Positions 37,508-46,997 are shown, numbered from the stretch's first letter. The stretch: 64,000 bases of DNA from PVC group bacterium (GCA_945870225.1 CAMBRF010000009.1:16321-80320); one strand, 5' to 3'. The notes: a model not told the origin generated them from the letters alone. Numbers and translations are program-made.

Positions 37508-38793
37508 GCCGGGCCGCCTAACGCCGCCGGGGCGTGCTTCCAGCGATAGAGGATTTCGCCCGCCCGCCGCACACAGAGGATGCCCTCCGCCTCGCGGTTC
37601 TCGTAGTCGCTGATCCTGATCGAGCGCGGATCCAGATAACCGAGGTTTACCCGGCGACAGACGGACTCGGGAATGGAGGTGGCCAGAATGACCTCGACGC
37701 GCGGCTTCTCCACGCCATTCTCGTAAGTCCCGATGCCCTTCACATGCGTCGAGTGCGCCACCACCCCCCAGGGATAATCCTTGTACTTGTCCCACTGCTT
37801 CAGGAAGAAATCCCGCGTGTGGTAGCCGATCTTCTCCAGCACGGCGCCGTGCACCGAGGACAGCTCCGTGATGTGCGGGGCATAGATGATCACCTTGCCG
37901 CCGTCCGACACCACGGGCTCAATCTTGTACATGCACTTTCCGCCGGTCCAGATGTCATCATACATTTCCGGCGCGCAGGACAAAACCGTGTGGAACGGCT
38001 TCTCCGAATAATGGGTGTGGATCTGACTGGAAAGATCCGCCGCCGCCGACCAGGCTTCCTCCGGGGTCCCGGCATAGAGACCGGCCAGTTCGTGGTTCTG
38101 GACCACCATGCAGAACGCCTTCTGCTCGATCTTCAACATGGCCGCCGCGCGATCCACCACCCGCCGCACGGGCGTCCACTTGTTGCCAATGATCACCGGA
38201 TTCGTGATCACGGCCCCGAGCCAGTGGAAGAAATCGATGATTTCCTGCCCTGCAATGCCCGGGAAGAGGTATTTTCCGCCTCCCGAGAAACCGACCACCT
38301 CGTGGGGGAATACCGGACCGATGATGACCAGCACATCGTAGTCCATCACCATCCGGTTACAGGTGATCCGCACATCCATTTCAAAACGCCCCTCCGTGAT
38401 CTCACGGACGTCGGATCGGGTAAACCGCCCCACTTCCACCAGTTGATCGGGGTTCTTCCATTCATGATTGAAAAAGCGCGCCTTGGGATAGCTCTGCGCA
38501 TGCTCGGCGGCGGTGATTCCCATTCGCTTGTGGATCTGCTCCAAGGTCAGCGGCGGGTGGGTCCCCAAAGCGATCAGGAAATCCATGAGTTTGACGCGCC
38601 CGGCCAGCCGTTCGTACAGCAGGCGGAACATCTGATCCATCGGGCAGGTCCGGGACAGGTCCGGAACAACAAACAGGACCCGCTTGCCGTCAAGGGCCCA
38701 CCGCGCCACGGCCTGATCGCAAATGGCGGCAACGTCTTTCTCAGTCAACAGGCCGTTTCGGGAACCGGCCCCCAGAAGGGTTGGGTCACTCAT
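37504..38793 (-). CDS. LarA-like protein (nickel-pincer-nucleotide-dependent lactate racemase family / DUF2088)
   Basis: About 430 aa; VVGFSGGGKYLFPGIAG and FHWLGAV-like stretches are typical of LarA homologues. No larB/larC/larE nearby. Confidence 0.55.
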   Translation of the reverse strand: MSDPTLLGAGSRNGLLTEKDVAAICDQAVARWALDGKRVLFVVPDLSRTCPMDQMFRLLYERLAGRVKLMDFLIALGTHPPLTLEQIHKRMGITAAEHAQSYPKARFFNHEWKNPDQLVEVGRFTRSDVREITEGRFEMDVRITCNRMVMDYDVLVIIGPVFPHEVVGFSGGGKYLFPGIAGQEIIDFFHWLGAVITNPVIIGNKWTPVRRVVDRAAAMLKIEQKAFCMVVQNHELAGLYAGTPEEAWSAAADLSSQIHTHYSEKPFHTVLSCAPEMYDDIWTGGKCMYKIEPVVSDGGKVIIYAPHITELSSVHGAVLEKIGYHTRDFFLKQWDKYKDYPWGVVAHSTHVKGIGTYENGVEKPRVEVILATSIPESVCRRVNLGYLDPRSIRISDYENREAEGILCVRRAGEILYRWKHAPAALGGPA

Positions 38794-39030
38794 AATCTGT
38801 TCTTTCTTTCATTTAGGCCCGGGTCTCCGGAACCGGCGGAACCAACACCAGATCCAGAATGCCAGACGAAGGTGAACCGGCAGCGGTGGCTCCGCCCCCG
38901 CCCGGCCCGGAACGTCCCTGTCCGGGCGCATATACTCTCTTTCATACAGCGACATCAGGAAATAAGCATAACCTCTGCACTCCGGAACCGCAAGCCGAGT
39001 TCAAAACCCGGGCAACACGGCGGGGCAATT

Positions 39031-39100
39031 CGCGACCCCGCGACCTCGTGTCGCGGGCCGCACAAATTTCAGGCACCTGCCGCGCAAGGCGGCAGGGAAC
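39031..39100. repeat. Double-hairpin repeat element, family B copy (single unit), inverted relative to the copy at 54860-55000
   Basis: Its reverse complement is about 92% identical over ~70 bp to 54935-55000 (cctgccgc-cttg-gcggcagg hairpin followed by cccgcgac-acgag-gtcgcggg hairpin). Confidence 0.6.
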
Positions 39101-39205
39101 CTAAAACCCAGGGACGCGGGCGGCTTGACTTTCCTCCCCCTCTTGGCAGAGAATGCAGCCGTGACAAACGACGGCATCAGCCAACCCAATGGCGGTAAAA
39201 AGGGC

Positions 39206-40981
39206 ATGACTACGGTTCCGCATGGATTGAGATTTACGGATGTCCTCCTTAAACGGGGAGCCATCAGTGAAGAGGTGTTGCATCAGGCCCAGGAGAAAGC
39301 CCACGGTCTCTCCGTGCGCCTGGAAAAGTACCTGCTGGATAATAAGCTGATCGCGCCGGCGGACATCACCCTGGGACTGGCCGAGTACCTGCACATGTCC
39401 CCCATCACCCTCTCCCAATTCTCGCCCAATCCCCAACTCATCGAGTCTTTTCCGGCCGACGTCCTGAAAAAGCATCAGGCGCTACCCCTCATGAAAATCG
39501 GCGGAACGCTGGTGGTGGCGCTGGGAGACCCGTTCGACATCGTGGCGGTGGATGAACTGCACGTCCTGACCGGACTGAACGTCACGCCCCTGGTCGCCAG
39601 TGAAAAGGAACTTCAGGACACCCTGGCCAAGGTGCTGGCAGTGCCAGAAGCCCAGCAGGATATCGACCTGGAAGACATCATGAAAGGCCCTGACAGCGAG
39701 GTCGAGGTCGGACATGATGAGAAAAACGAAGTCAGCCTTGAAGAAATGATGGAACGCGCGGAAGGTGCCCCGGTCATCCGCATGGTGAACATGATTCTGG
39801 TGGAGGCACTGAGGACACGGGCCAGTGACATTCATATTGAACCGCAGGATAAAACCTTGCGCGTACGGTACCGGCTCGACGGCGGCATGGTGGAACGGCC
39901 CAGTCCTGCCAAGAGTTTTCACGCCGCCATTGTTTCCCGTATCAAGATCATGTCGGATCTGGACATCGCGGAACGGCGCGTCCCCCAGGACGGCCGCTTC
40001 AGGATCAAGGCGCTGGGCAAAGAGGTGGACATCCGCGTCAGTATTCTCCCCTCCATCTTCGGCGAGAAAATCGTCATGCGTGTGCTGGATAAAAGCGCCC
40101 TTTTCCCCAGTTTGAGCGGATTGGGTCTGGATGAAGTTTCGTTCAAGGCCTTGTCCTACGCCATTGACCAACCACACGGCATCATCCTGGTGACCGGTCC
40201 CACGGGAAGCGGTAAGACGACCACCCTCTATTCCTGTCTTCAGGAATTGAACAAGCCCGATGTCAACATCGTGACCTGCGAGGATCCCGTTGAATACCAG
40301 TTGCTGGGACTCACCCAAGTCCAGGTGAACGCCCATGTCGGGCTGACTTTTTCCGCCGCCTTGCGGTCCATCTTACGGCAGGATCCCGATATTGTGCTGG
40401 TCGGTGAGATCCGCGATACCGAAACGGCGGAAATCGCTGTCAAGGCGGCGCTCACCGGACATCTGGTGCTCAGCACGCTGCACACCAATGATGCAGCGGG
40501 CGCCATTGCCCGATTGATCGACATGGGCATCCCGCCCTTCCTGCTCTCGTCCTCCTTGGTCCTGTCCCAAGCCCAGCGTCTTTACCGGAAATTGTGCCTT
40601 GCCTGCCGCCAGGAGGTGGCCCTGCCTGTGGATGTCCTGACGGCGAACAAAATCGATCCTGCCTTTTTCCTGCGCCAGACCGGGAAGGGAACAGAGGGCA
40701 CCGGCTCGCCGAAGGTCGCCGCTGGATATACGCCCATCTACCGGGCGGTGGGCTGCCCGAAATGCAACGGCACAGGGTACAAGGGACGAGGCGCCATCAT
40801 GGAAGTGCTCCCCATGGATGATGAGATCAAGCAGATGATCATGAAAGGCGCCACGAGCGGAGAAATCCGGACAGTCGCCCGCACCAAAGGGATGATCACC
40901 CTCAAGGAAAGCGGGCTTCAGAAGGTCAAAGAAGGGATCACGTCCCTCGAAGCGGCCCTTGAGATGACAGGCGGAGAATGA
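39206..40981 (+). CDS. Type II secretion / type IV pilus assembly ATPase (GspE/PilB family)
   Basis: T2SSE N-terminal domain, Walker A VTGPTGSGKTT, Asp box, Walker B, and a tetracysteine motif (CLACRQ...CPKCNGTGY). The ATG at 39206 is preferred over the TTG-initiated longer ORF. Confidence 0.85.
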   Translation: MTTVPHGLRFTDVLLKRGAISEEVLHQAQEKAHGLSVRLEKYLLDNKLIAPADITLGLAEYLHMSPITLSQFSPNPQLIESFPADVLKKHQALPLMKIGGTLVVALGDPFDIVAVDELHVLTGLNVTPLVASEKELQDTLAKVLAVPEAQQDIDLEDIMKGPDSEVEVGHDEKNEVSLEEMMERAEGAPVIRMVNMILVEALRTRASDIHIEPQDKTLRVRYRLDGGMVERPSPAKSFHAAIVSRIKIMSDLDIAERRVPQDGRFRIKALGKEVDIRVSILPSIFGEKIVMRVLDKSALFPSLSGLGLDEVSFKALSYAIDQPHGIILVTGPTGSGKTTTLYSCLQELNKPDVNIVTCEDPVEYQLLGLTQVQVNAHVGLTFSAALRSILRQDPDIVLVGEIRDTETAEIAVKAALTGHLVLSTLHTNDAAGAIARLIDMGIPPFLLSSSLVLSQAQRLYRKLCLACRQEVALPVDVLTANKIDPAFFLRQTGKGTEGTGSPKVAAGYTPIYRAVGCPKCNGTGYKGRGAIMEVLPMDDEIKQMIMKGATSGEIRTVARTKGMITLKESGLQKVKEGITSLEAALEMTGGE

Positions 40982-41018
40982 TCCCGGAATGTGACAATAC
41001 TGACAGGGAGAACAGGAA

Positions 41019-42200
41019 ATGAGTCCAGCCATTGGTCCCGCGAGCCCTTCTCGCACACCTGCCCAGAAAAGCGCCCGCCCGTCCTCCGCCCCGAAAAGAC
41101 CCGCGGCTCCTTCGCAAAAATCCGCCCGGCCGCTCCACAATAAGCGGGTCCGCGGGGCTAATAAGATTGTCAACAAGGACTTGCCTTCTTTCTCGCGCCA
41201 GATGGCCGCCATGCTGGCAGCGGGCATGCCCATCGTCGCATCCCTTGAAACCCTCGAGGAACAGGCGGTCAACCCAAACTTCAAGATGGTCCTATCGGAG
41301 GTCAGAAAAAGCATCGAGGGTGGGGCCTCCTTCTCCGAGAGCCTGGCGCAAATACCTGACGTTTTCGAGGTGCTTTACGTCAACATGGTCCGCGCCGGGG
41401 AACAGAGCGGACAGTTTGCCGAAACCATGAAGCGTATCGGAGACCTGCTTGAGGCCAACGCCAAGCTCAAACGTAAGGTCAAATCAGCCCTGACTTATCC
41501 GGTGGTGGTTCTGTCCATGTCCCTGATCATTGCGGCAGGCATGATCATCTTCATCGTGCCGGTCTTTGCGAGCATGTATAAGGATTTCGGTTCGGCCTTG
41601 CCCGGGCCCACCCAGTTCCTGGTCGATCTAAGTGATGGGGCCAAGAAATACAGTCCCATCATTATCCCGGCCATCTTGGCAGCGGTGTGGATGTTCAAGC
41701 GCTGGAAGAAAACAGACGCCGGCGCCTGGGTCATGGACGGGTTTGCACTCAAGGCCCCCGTCATCGGCGGCCTGGTCCAAAAAGTGGCCATCGCCCGATT
41801 CTCCCGAACTCTGGCCCAACTCGTTCAAAGCGGCGTCCCCATCTTGAATGCCATGGAAATTGTCGCCAAGGCCGCCGGAAACCGGGTGATCGAGGCTGCC
41901 ATCATGGAGGCACGCCAGTCGGTTGAACATGGCGACACGCTGTCTGTCGGCTTATCCAACAAGGCCTGCATCCCCACTCTCGTCGTCCGAATGATGGCCG
42001 CCGGAGAGAAAACAGGAAAAGTGGACGAAATGCTGAGTAGCGTGGCCGACACCTTCGACGATGAGGTGGAAACCATGCTGGCGTCGCTGACCTCCCTGCT
42101 CGAACCCCTGCTTATGGTCTTCCTCGGCGTCGTGATCGGCGGCATCGTAATCTGCATGTTCCTGCCGATCTTTAAGATGAGCGAAGTCATCAATAAATAA
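41019..42200 (+). CDS. Type II secretion / type IV pilus platform protein (GspF/PilC family) with a low-complexity basic N-terminus
   Basis: Two GspF domains (LSRQMAAMLAAGMPIV...; ARFSRTLAQLVQSGVPILNAME...) and three TM helices; AGGGAG RBS. Confidence 0.8.
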   Translation: MSPAIGPASPSRTPAQKSARPSSAPKRPAAPSQKSARPLHNKRVRGANKIVNKDLPSFSRQMAAMLAAGMPIVASLETLEEQAVNPNFKMVLSEVRKSIEGGASFSESLAQIPDVFEVLYVNMVRAGEQSGQFAETMKRIGDLLEANAKLKRKVKSALTYPVVVLSMSLIIAAGMIIFIVPVFASMYKDFGSALPGPTQFLVDLSDGAKKYSPIIIPAILAAVWMFKRWKKTDAGAWVMDGFALKAPVIGGLVQKVAIARFSRTLAQLVQSGVPILNAMEIVAKAAGNRVIEAAIMEARQSVEHGDTLSVGLSNKACIPTLVVRMMAAGEKTGKVDEMLSSVADTFDDEVETMLASLTSLLEPLLMVFLGVVIGGIVICMFLPIFKMSEVINK

Positions 42201-42242
42201 GGACGCCTCGCACGGTCCACTCAAGCAGGACGAAGAAAACAC

Positions 42243-42568
42243 TTCACCACCCGCTTCGCTTGAGACACGGAGACACAGAGAAGAAAATGCAAATGTGGCG
42301 TTTGTTTCGTCCACGGAAATACCGTGGCCAAAATAAACGCCACGGTTTCCCGGAGGAATTCATAGAGAGGGACGAGGCCGCCCTAACCCTCTTCTTTCTC
42401 CTGAATGGCTCCAAGAGACGTTGCGGGAATTTTAGGTGCGGCTTGCCCGCCGGAGCCTTGGCGCAGGTGGGTACTCCGCAGCTTAAATGCCTGCAAACTT
42501 TCTTCTCTTCTCGGTGTCTCCGTATCTCCAGCTTGCCCGCCTGAGGCGGGCGAAGCGGGTGGTGAATC
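42243..42568. repeat. Large nested inverted-repeat element (~325 bp) in the pilC / sigma54-activator intergenic region
   Basis: A 17-bp perfect IR (ttcaccacccgcttcgc / gcgaagcgggtggtgaa) plus adjacent ~25-bp imperfect IR arms enclose a ~210-bp interior that itself holds a near-perfect hairpin (gtggcgtttgtttcgtccacgg / ccgtggccaaaataaacgccacgg). Confidence 0.55.
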
Positions 42569-42790
42569 TTCCTTTTGGAGGTGTTAAGGCGGTCAAGCCT
42601 GGGCGGACATAGCCCCCGTCATTTAGGAGACTCTACACTGGATGACTTGCCGCTCCAGGGAGTTCCCGGCCACAACTCTGCCCTTCAGCAGGTCCATATT
42701 CCCGTCTTCGAGAAATTGAGAAATTTATTGCCTTTTAACGGGAATGAAAGTACCATCTGGGCCAGTATTGATGATTCAGAAAGGCAAATC

Positions 42791-44167
42791 ATGGCGCGGA
42801 TTCTCCTTGTTGACGACGAACCCCGAATGCTGAGCCTCATGAACAGCCTTCTCAAGGCTGAAGGCTACGACGTCATGTCGGTTCAGGACGGGAACAAGGC
42901 TCGGGACCTCCTGAATACGGAGATTTTCGACCTGATGATTTCCGACATCCGCATGACCCCCATCAACGGGATGGAACTCCTGAAGATATCCCGCGGGGTT
43001 CGCCCGACCATGCCGGTTATCATTCTGACGGCCTTCGGCTCGGTGGAAACAGCCATTGAGGCCATGAAACTGGGGACATTCGACTACGTCACCAAGCCCT
43101 TCAAGATGGACGAACTCCTGATCACCATTCAACGGGCGCTGGAATACAGCCGCGCTTTGTCCGAAAATCTGGAACTTAAAGAGGAACTCGTCGGCCGGTA
43201 CAAATTTGAGAATATCGTGGCCGAAAGTCCCGCCATGCGCCACGTATGCGAGATGATTAAACGCGTGGCCCCGGCCGACACCACGGTTCTGATCACCGGC
43301 GAAAGCGGAACGGGGAAGGAACTGGTCGCCAAGGCGATCCATGCCTACAGCCGCCGCAAGGACAAGCGGTTTCTAGCCGTCAACTGCGCCGCCCTGCCCG
43401 AGGCCCTCCTGGAATCAGAAATGTTCGGCCATATGAAGGGCTCTTTTACGGGCGCATCCGCCAACAAGGAAGGCCTTTTCGAGACGGCCAGCGGCGGCAC
43501 CCTTTTCCTGGATGAAATTTCGTCCATGCCGATCGGAATCCAGGGAAAACTGCTCCGCGTCCTTCAGGAAAAAGAAATCCGGCGAGTGGGAGGGAACGAC
43601 GACATTTCCATCGATGTGCGCGTCATTGCCGCCACCAATACCAGCCTGGAATCGTTGATCCAGCAAGGAAAGTTCAGGGAAGACCTCTACTACCGGCTGA
43701 GTGTTATCCCCATTGAAATCAAGCCCCTGCGCGACCGCCAGGATGATATCCTCCCCCTCGTCTATCACATTTTACGCCATGAGACCCCGGAAGGAAAGGA
43801 TCTGCCCAAACTGCTCCCGGAAACCAAGGACATGTTGGAGCGGTATACCTGGCCCGGCAATGTTCGCGAACTCGAAAATGCCGTTAAACACGCCATCACC
43901 TTCTCAGTGGAAGGCAAAATTACCCCCGACGTTCTTCCCCCGAGAATCCTGAATCAGATCCAACCTCTGGCCAAGCCCAACGCCTCAACCGACCCCGCCA
44001 GTGATCCTTATCGCAATAAATCGTTGAAATCCTTCCTGCGCGAACGGGAACGGGAGTATCTGGAACAGGTTCTCTCCCTTTCGAAGGGTGATAAGGAGCA
44101 GGCCGCCAAATCCCTGAAGATCAGTCTCGCCACGCTCTACCGTAAACTCCCCGGGGCACCGGAATGA
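42791..44167 (+). CDS. Sigma-54-dependent response regulator (NtrC/PilR family enhancer-binding protein)
   Basis: REC domain (ILLVDDEPRMLSL...DLMISDIRMTPINGMELL), AAA+ sigma54-interaction domain (GESGTGKELVAKAIH, GAFTGA-like ESEMFGHMKGSFTGA) and a C-terminal HTH; ATG at 42791. Confidence 0.85.
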   Translation: MARILLVDDEPRMLSLMNSLLKAEGYDVMSVQDGNKARDLLNTEIFDLMISDIRMTPINGMELLKISRGVRPTMPVIILTAFGSVETAIEAMKLGTFDYVTKPFKMDELLITIQRALEYSRALSENLELKEELVGRYKFENIVAESPAMRHVCEMIKRVAPADTTVLITGESGTGKELVAKAIHAYSRRKDKRFLAVNCAALPEALLESEMFGHMKGSFTGASANKEGLFETASGGTLFLDEISSMPIGIQGKLLRVLQEKEIRRVGGNDDISIDVRVIAATNTSLESLIQQGKFREDLYYRLSVIPIEIKPLRDRQDDILPLVYHILRHETPEGKDLPKLLPETKDMLERYTWPGNVRELENAVKHAITFSVEGKITPDVLPPRILNQIQPLAKPNASTDPASDPYRNKSLKSFLREREREYLEQVLSLSKGDKEQAAKSLKISLATLYRKLPGAPE

Positions 44168-44293
44168 GAGTTTTTAAGAAATTTCCGGCCTGCTTTGCAA
44201 AAACGAGAATAACGAGGGGCCGATATTCAGGGATTCTGGCTATTTTTGACATTTTTTGATGTTTTTGCGACAGTAAATCGGTTTTGAGATCAT

Positions 44294-44309
44294 TGGCACG
44301 ACGTGTGCT
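44294..44309 (+). promoter_or_regulatory. Canonical sigma-54 promoter TGGCACgacgtgTGCTt (-24 GG / -12 GC) about 50 nt upstream of the pilin gene
   Basis: Exact GG-N10-GC spacing with a TGGCAC -24 box; lies immediately downstream of the sigma54 activator gene. Confidence 0.55.
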
Positions 44310-44359
44310 TAATATCATACCTGTGGTTGGGAATGAGTAGAGAAAGAAAAAACAAGGAG

Positions 44360-44707
44360 ATGAAAATGAAGAAGATGAGTAAAAAGGGATTCACGTTGGT
44401 TGAGATCATGATCGTGGTAGCCATTATCGGTTTGTTGGCGGCTATCGCCATTCCTTCGTTTATGAAGGCCAGAACAACGTCGCAGCAGAAAGCCTGCATC
44501 AACAACCTGCGTCAGATCGAAGCGGGTAAAGAGCAGTGGGCGTTGGCTGAAAAGAAGGCTCAGGGCGACCTCGCTGATGAGACAGAGGTCAACAAGTATA
44601 TGAAGACCTCTCCCTCTTGCCCCGCGAGTGGCACCTATGACTACCTCACGATCGGTACGGATGCAACCTGCACGATCACGGATCCGTTGCTCCATAAGCT
44701 GAACTAA
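44360..44707 (+). CDS. Type IV pilin / pseudopilin (prepilin-type N-terminal methylation domain)
   Basis: AAGGAG RBS; N-terminus MKKMSKKGFTLVEIMIVVAIIGLLAAIAIPSF is a class III signal peptide; short Cys-containing C-terminal region. Confidence 0.75.
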   Translation: MKMKKMSKKGFTLVEIMIVVAIIGLLAAIAIPSFMKARTTSQQKACINNLRQIEAGKEQWALAEKKAQGDLADETEVNKYMKTSPSCPASGTYDYLTIGTDATCTITDPLLHKLN

Positions 44708-44735
44708 GACACCTGAATACGTTCTCGTGTTAGGA

Positions 44736-44768
44736 CCAACCCTGGGGAAACTCAGGGTTGGTTTTTTC
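44736..44768. terminator. Bidirectional intrinsic terminator: accaaccctg-gggaaact-cagggttgg followed by TTTTTT (an A-run on the other side)
   Basis: 9-bp GC-rich stem with an 8-nt loop and a T6 tract; sits between the convergent pilin and phosphoesterase genes and overlaps the last codons of the latter. Confidence 0.6.
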
Positions 44769-45612
44769 GTTTGGACACGGAACGATCCAGGTAGATCGTC
44801 CAATAGCTCAGCCGACCATCCCGATACTCGTATAAACGGAAGGAGGGCTGACGTTCCCAGAACGGGGCCAGGGAGGACGCCACGTAGACCGGAACCGACC
44901 GGATCCAGTGCAATTCATCGCGATGGAAGTGACCGGCCACCACGGCCTTGATTCCCGGATGTTGATCGAAAAGTTGAGCCCACCGGGGGTGATAACTTTC
45001 CTTTTCCCATGCCTCGGACTGGCTCTCCGTCAGAATATCCTGAACCGGCGGCTTGTGCATGAATACCAGAACCGGCCGGTTACCGACGTCCCGCAGTTGA
45101 TCTTCCACCCACTCACGCTGGATATGCCCCGGACTCCGGTTATCACTTTTCGGTGACTCCGTGCAGGCAAAGAGGCAAACCACCCCTTTGATCTCCACGC
45201 GTCCGCTCAAAGCCCCAAAATACTGCTCGAACAAGCGGGCTGATTTCTTGTAGTCATCCTTCAGGACATCGTGATTCCCGGGGAGATAGTACACGGGAGC
45301 CTTGATCGCCTTCATGGCCTCCAGACCGTCCCGCACCACGCGCTCATCCCCAATCCTATCAGCCAGCACATCGCCGGTATGCACGACAAATTCGATTGGC
45401 ACAGGTAGCTTATTGATCATGGCCACGGCGCTCCGGGTCAGGCTCACGGTGTCGCCGGCCCCCCAGTGCGTGTCGGTGATCTGGGCAAAGTAGAAACGAA
45501 CAGGGACGTCAGCCTCCCGCTCGGCGCGCGCACAGCCGGGAAGCATCGTGAGCAAACCCACGCACCACAGAACAGTCGCCAGAAGGATCGGGGTTCTCTT
45601 GGACGGCCTCAT
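44752..45612 (-). CDS. Calcineurin-like metallophosphoesterase (lipoprotein)
   Basis: Signal peptide/lipobox (LLTMLPGCA); metallophosphatase motifs GDVLAD...GNHDV...GHFHRD. Confidence 0.75.
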   Translation of the reverse strand: MRPSKRTPILLATVLWCVGLLTMLPGCARAEREADVPVRFYFAQITDTHWGAGDTVSLTRSAVAMINKLPVPIEFVVHTGDVLADRIGDERVVRDGLEAMKAIKAPVYYLPGNHDVLKDDYKKSARLFEQYFGALSGRVEIKGVVCLFACTESPKSDNRSPGHIQREWVEDQLRDVGNRPVLVFMHKPPVQDILTESQSEAWEKESYHPRWAQLFDQHPGIKAVVAGHFHRDELHWIRSVPVYVASSLAPFWERQPSFRLYEYRDGRLSYWTIYLDRSVSKRKNQP

Positions 45613-46730
45613 TCCTGCACCCCCCTGGGCTTTGCGGGCAGGGCGGCCGCAATCCGCTCTTTGAGCACCGCCATCCCTTCGTTCTGTAGGGCCGAAACAG
45701 CAATCGCCCCGGGAAACACCTTCATCAATTCAGGCAACGCCCGCTGCGCTTCCGGTCGGTCACACTTGTTCAAAACCAACAGATACGGCACGTCCCTGGC
45801 CCCGATCTCGGACAGCGTATCAAACACCACCTCGCAATGCTCCCGGACGTAGGGATGCCCGGCATCCGCAACGTGCAACAATAAGTCCGCCTCAGCCACC
45901 TCCTGAAGAGTTGACCGGAAGGAAGCCACCAGCCCATGGGGTAGATGGCGGATGAATCCAACGGTGTCGGTCAACAGAACATCCCGTTCATCGGGCAGGC
46001 GTACCAGGCGGCTTTTTGTGTCTAATGTGGCAAAAAGACGATCATCCACATAGGCCTCCGACGATGACAACGTGTTCAGGACCGTCGATTTACCTGCATT
46101 GGTGTAGCCCACCAGACTGACGGCCGACCACGGGCGCCGGGAACGCGTGCGTTCACGGCGCTGCTGAATGGCCTCCAATTTATGCTCAAGGTCCCGGATA
46201 CGCCGGCGCATGGGTTCGTTCCGGAGCTTCAGCGGACTTTCGCCCGGCCCCTTCATCCCGATCCCGCCCGTAAACCGTGCCTGCTTTTCGGAAACAGGCA
46301 GGCGCGAGACAAGATACTGCAACTGCGCCAGCTCCACCTGAATCTGCGCCTCTGCAGAACGAGCACGTCGCGCAAATATCTGAAGGATCACCTCGGTCCG
46401 GTCAATGACCTTGATCCCGAGGGCCATATCGAGATGGTTGACCTGGCCTGGGGAAAGATCGTTGTCAAAAATGACAAGATTGGCCGAAGCCTCTTTGCAA
46501 GCGAGGATGATTTCCTCCAGTTTGCCCTCCCCAATGAACGTTCTAGGCGTCGGCGCCTGCCGGTTCTGCGAAAGGGTGCCAACAACGACCGCCCCGGCGG
46601 TGTCCGCCAGGCGTTCCAATTCCTCGAGGGAATCCCGAGCCACGTCACGACCGGCCCGCCCGATAATAACCTGGACAAGCAAGGCGCGTTCCTGCGCCAC
46701 ATGGGTCATTTTTGCCGCCTGTGCACTCAT
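45609..46730 (-). CDS. hflX: GTPase HflX
   Basis: HflX N-domain and G-domain motifs (VGYTNAGKSTVLNTL, DTVGF, NKCD). Confidence 0.85.
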   Translation of the reverse strand: MSAQAAKMTHVAQERALLVQVIIGRAGRDVARDSLEELERLADTAGAVVVGTLSQNRQAPTPRTFIGEGKLEEIILACKEASANLVIFDNDLSPGQVNHLDMALGIKVIDRTEVILQIFARRARSAEAQIQVELAQLQYLVSRLPVSEKQARFTGGIGMKGPGESPLKLRNEPMRRRIRDLEHKLEAIQQRRERTRSRRPWSAVSLVGYTNAGKSTVLNTLSSSEAYVDDRLFATLDTKSRLVRLPDERDVLLTDTVGFIRHLPHGLVASFRSTLQEVAEADLLLHVADAGHPYVREHCEVVFDTLSEIGARDVPYLLVLNKCDRPEAQRALPELMKVFPGAIAVSALQNEGMAVLKERIAAALPAKPRGVQE

Positions 46731-46832
46731 GGTCTCATTGCCCTATCATCACGCTCGCCTCCCATCATATCCCGCCGTGCCTCTCCCTTGCCACCAAAAA
46801 GGCAACCCCTCCCTTCCCCAGGGCGTGGGCGA

Positions 46833-46895
46833 TAGATTACGATTACGATTAGGATTTCTGTGGGATGCTACTGATTAATATTACGATTACGACAA
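46833..46895. repeat. AT-rich repeat element, family A copy 2 (atagattacgattacgattaggatttctgtgggatgctactg plus extra attacg hexamers)
   Basis: Near-identical to 27162-27215; located in the divergent hflX / 848-aa exoprotein promoter region. Confidence 0.6.
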
Positions 46896-46997
46896 ACCCC
46901 TGCTATGCGCCGTAACCGGCCCGATTCCTGCTAAAGTCTATGGGCAAGATCCTGTTTTCATGGCATAATAGTGCCGTCATAAATGCTTGGGGGGGCT

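Noticed and set aside
37534-39198. 554-aa plus-strand ORF antisense to the LarA-like gene
   Set aside because: LarA-like motifs are on the minus strand. The plus frame is Arg/His/Pro-rich and crosses the family B repeat
39001-39264. 87-aa minus ORF and the 60-aa plus ORF at 54900-55082 sharing the peptide AAL[RC]GRCLKF[VA]RPATRGRG
   Set aside because: The similarity comes from translating the family B DNA repeat in both places. Both are extragenic palindromic sequence, not a gene family
42260-42544. 94-aa ORF inside the nested inverted-repeat element
   Set aside because: Lies entirely within a long IR with internal hairpins. No RBS and no conserved domain. More likely non-coding
42243-42568. 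Possibility that the structured intergenic element is RNase P RNA, tmRNA, 6S or SRP RNA
   Set aside because: No match to the conserved RNase P P4 sequences (GGAAAGTCCGG / ACAGAACCCGGCTTA), the tmRNA tRNA-like 3' end, or the SRP domain IV motif. It is too large for 6S. Left as an unknown element
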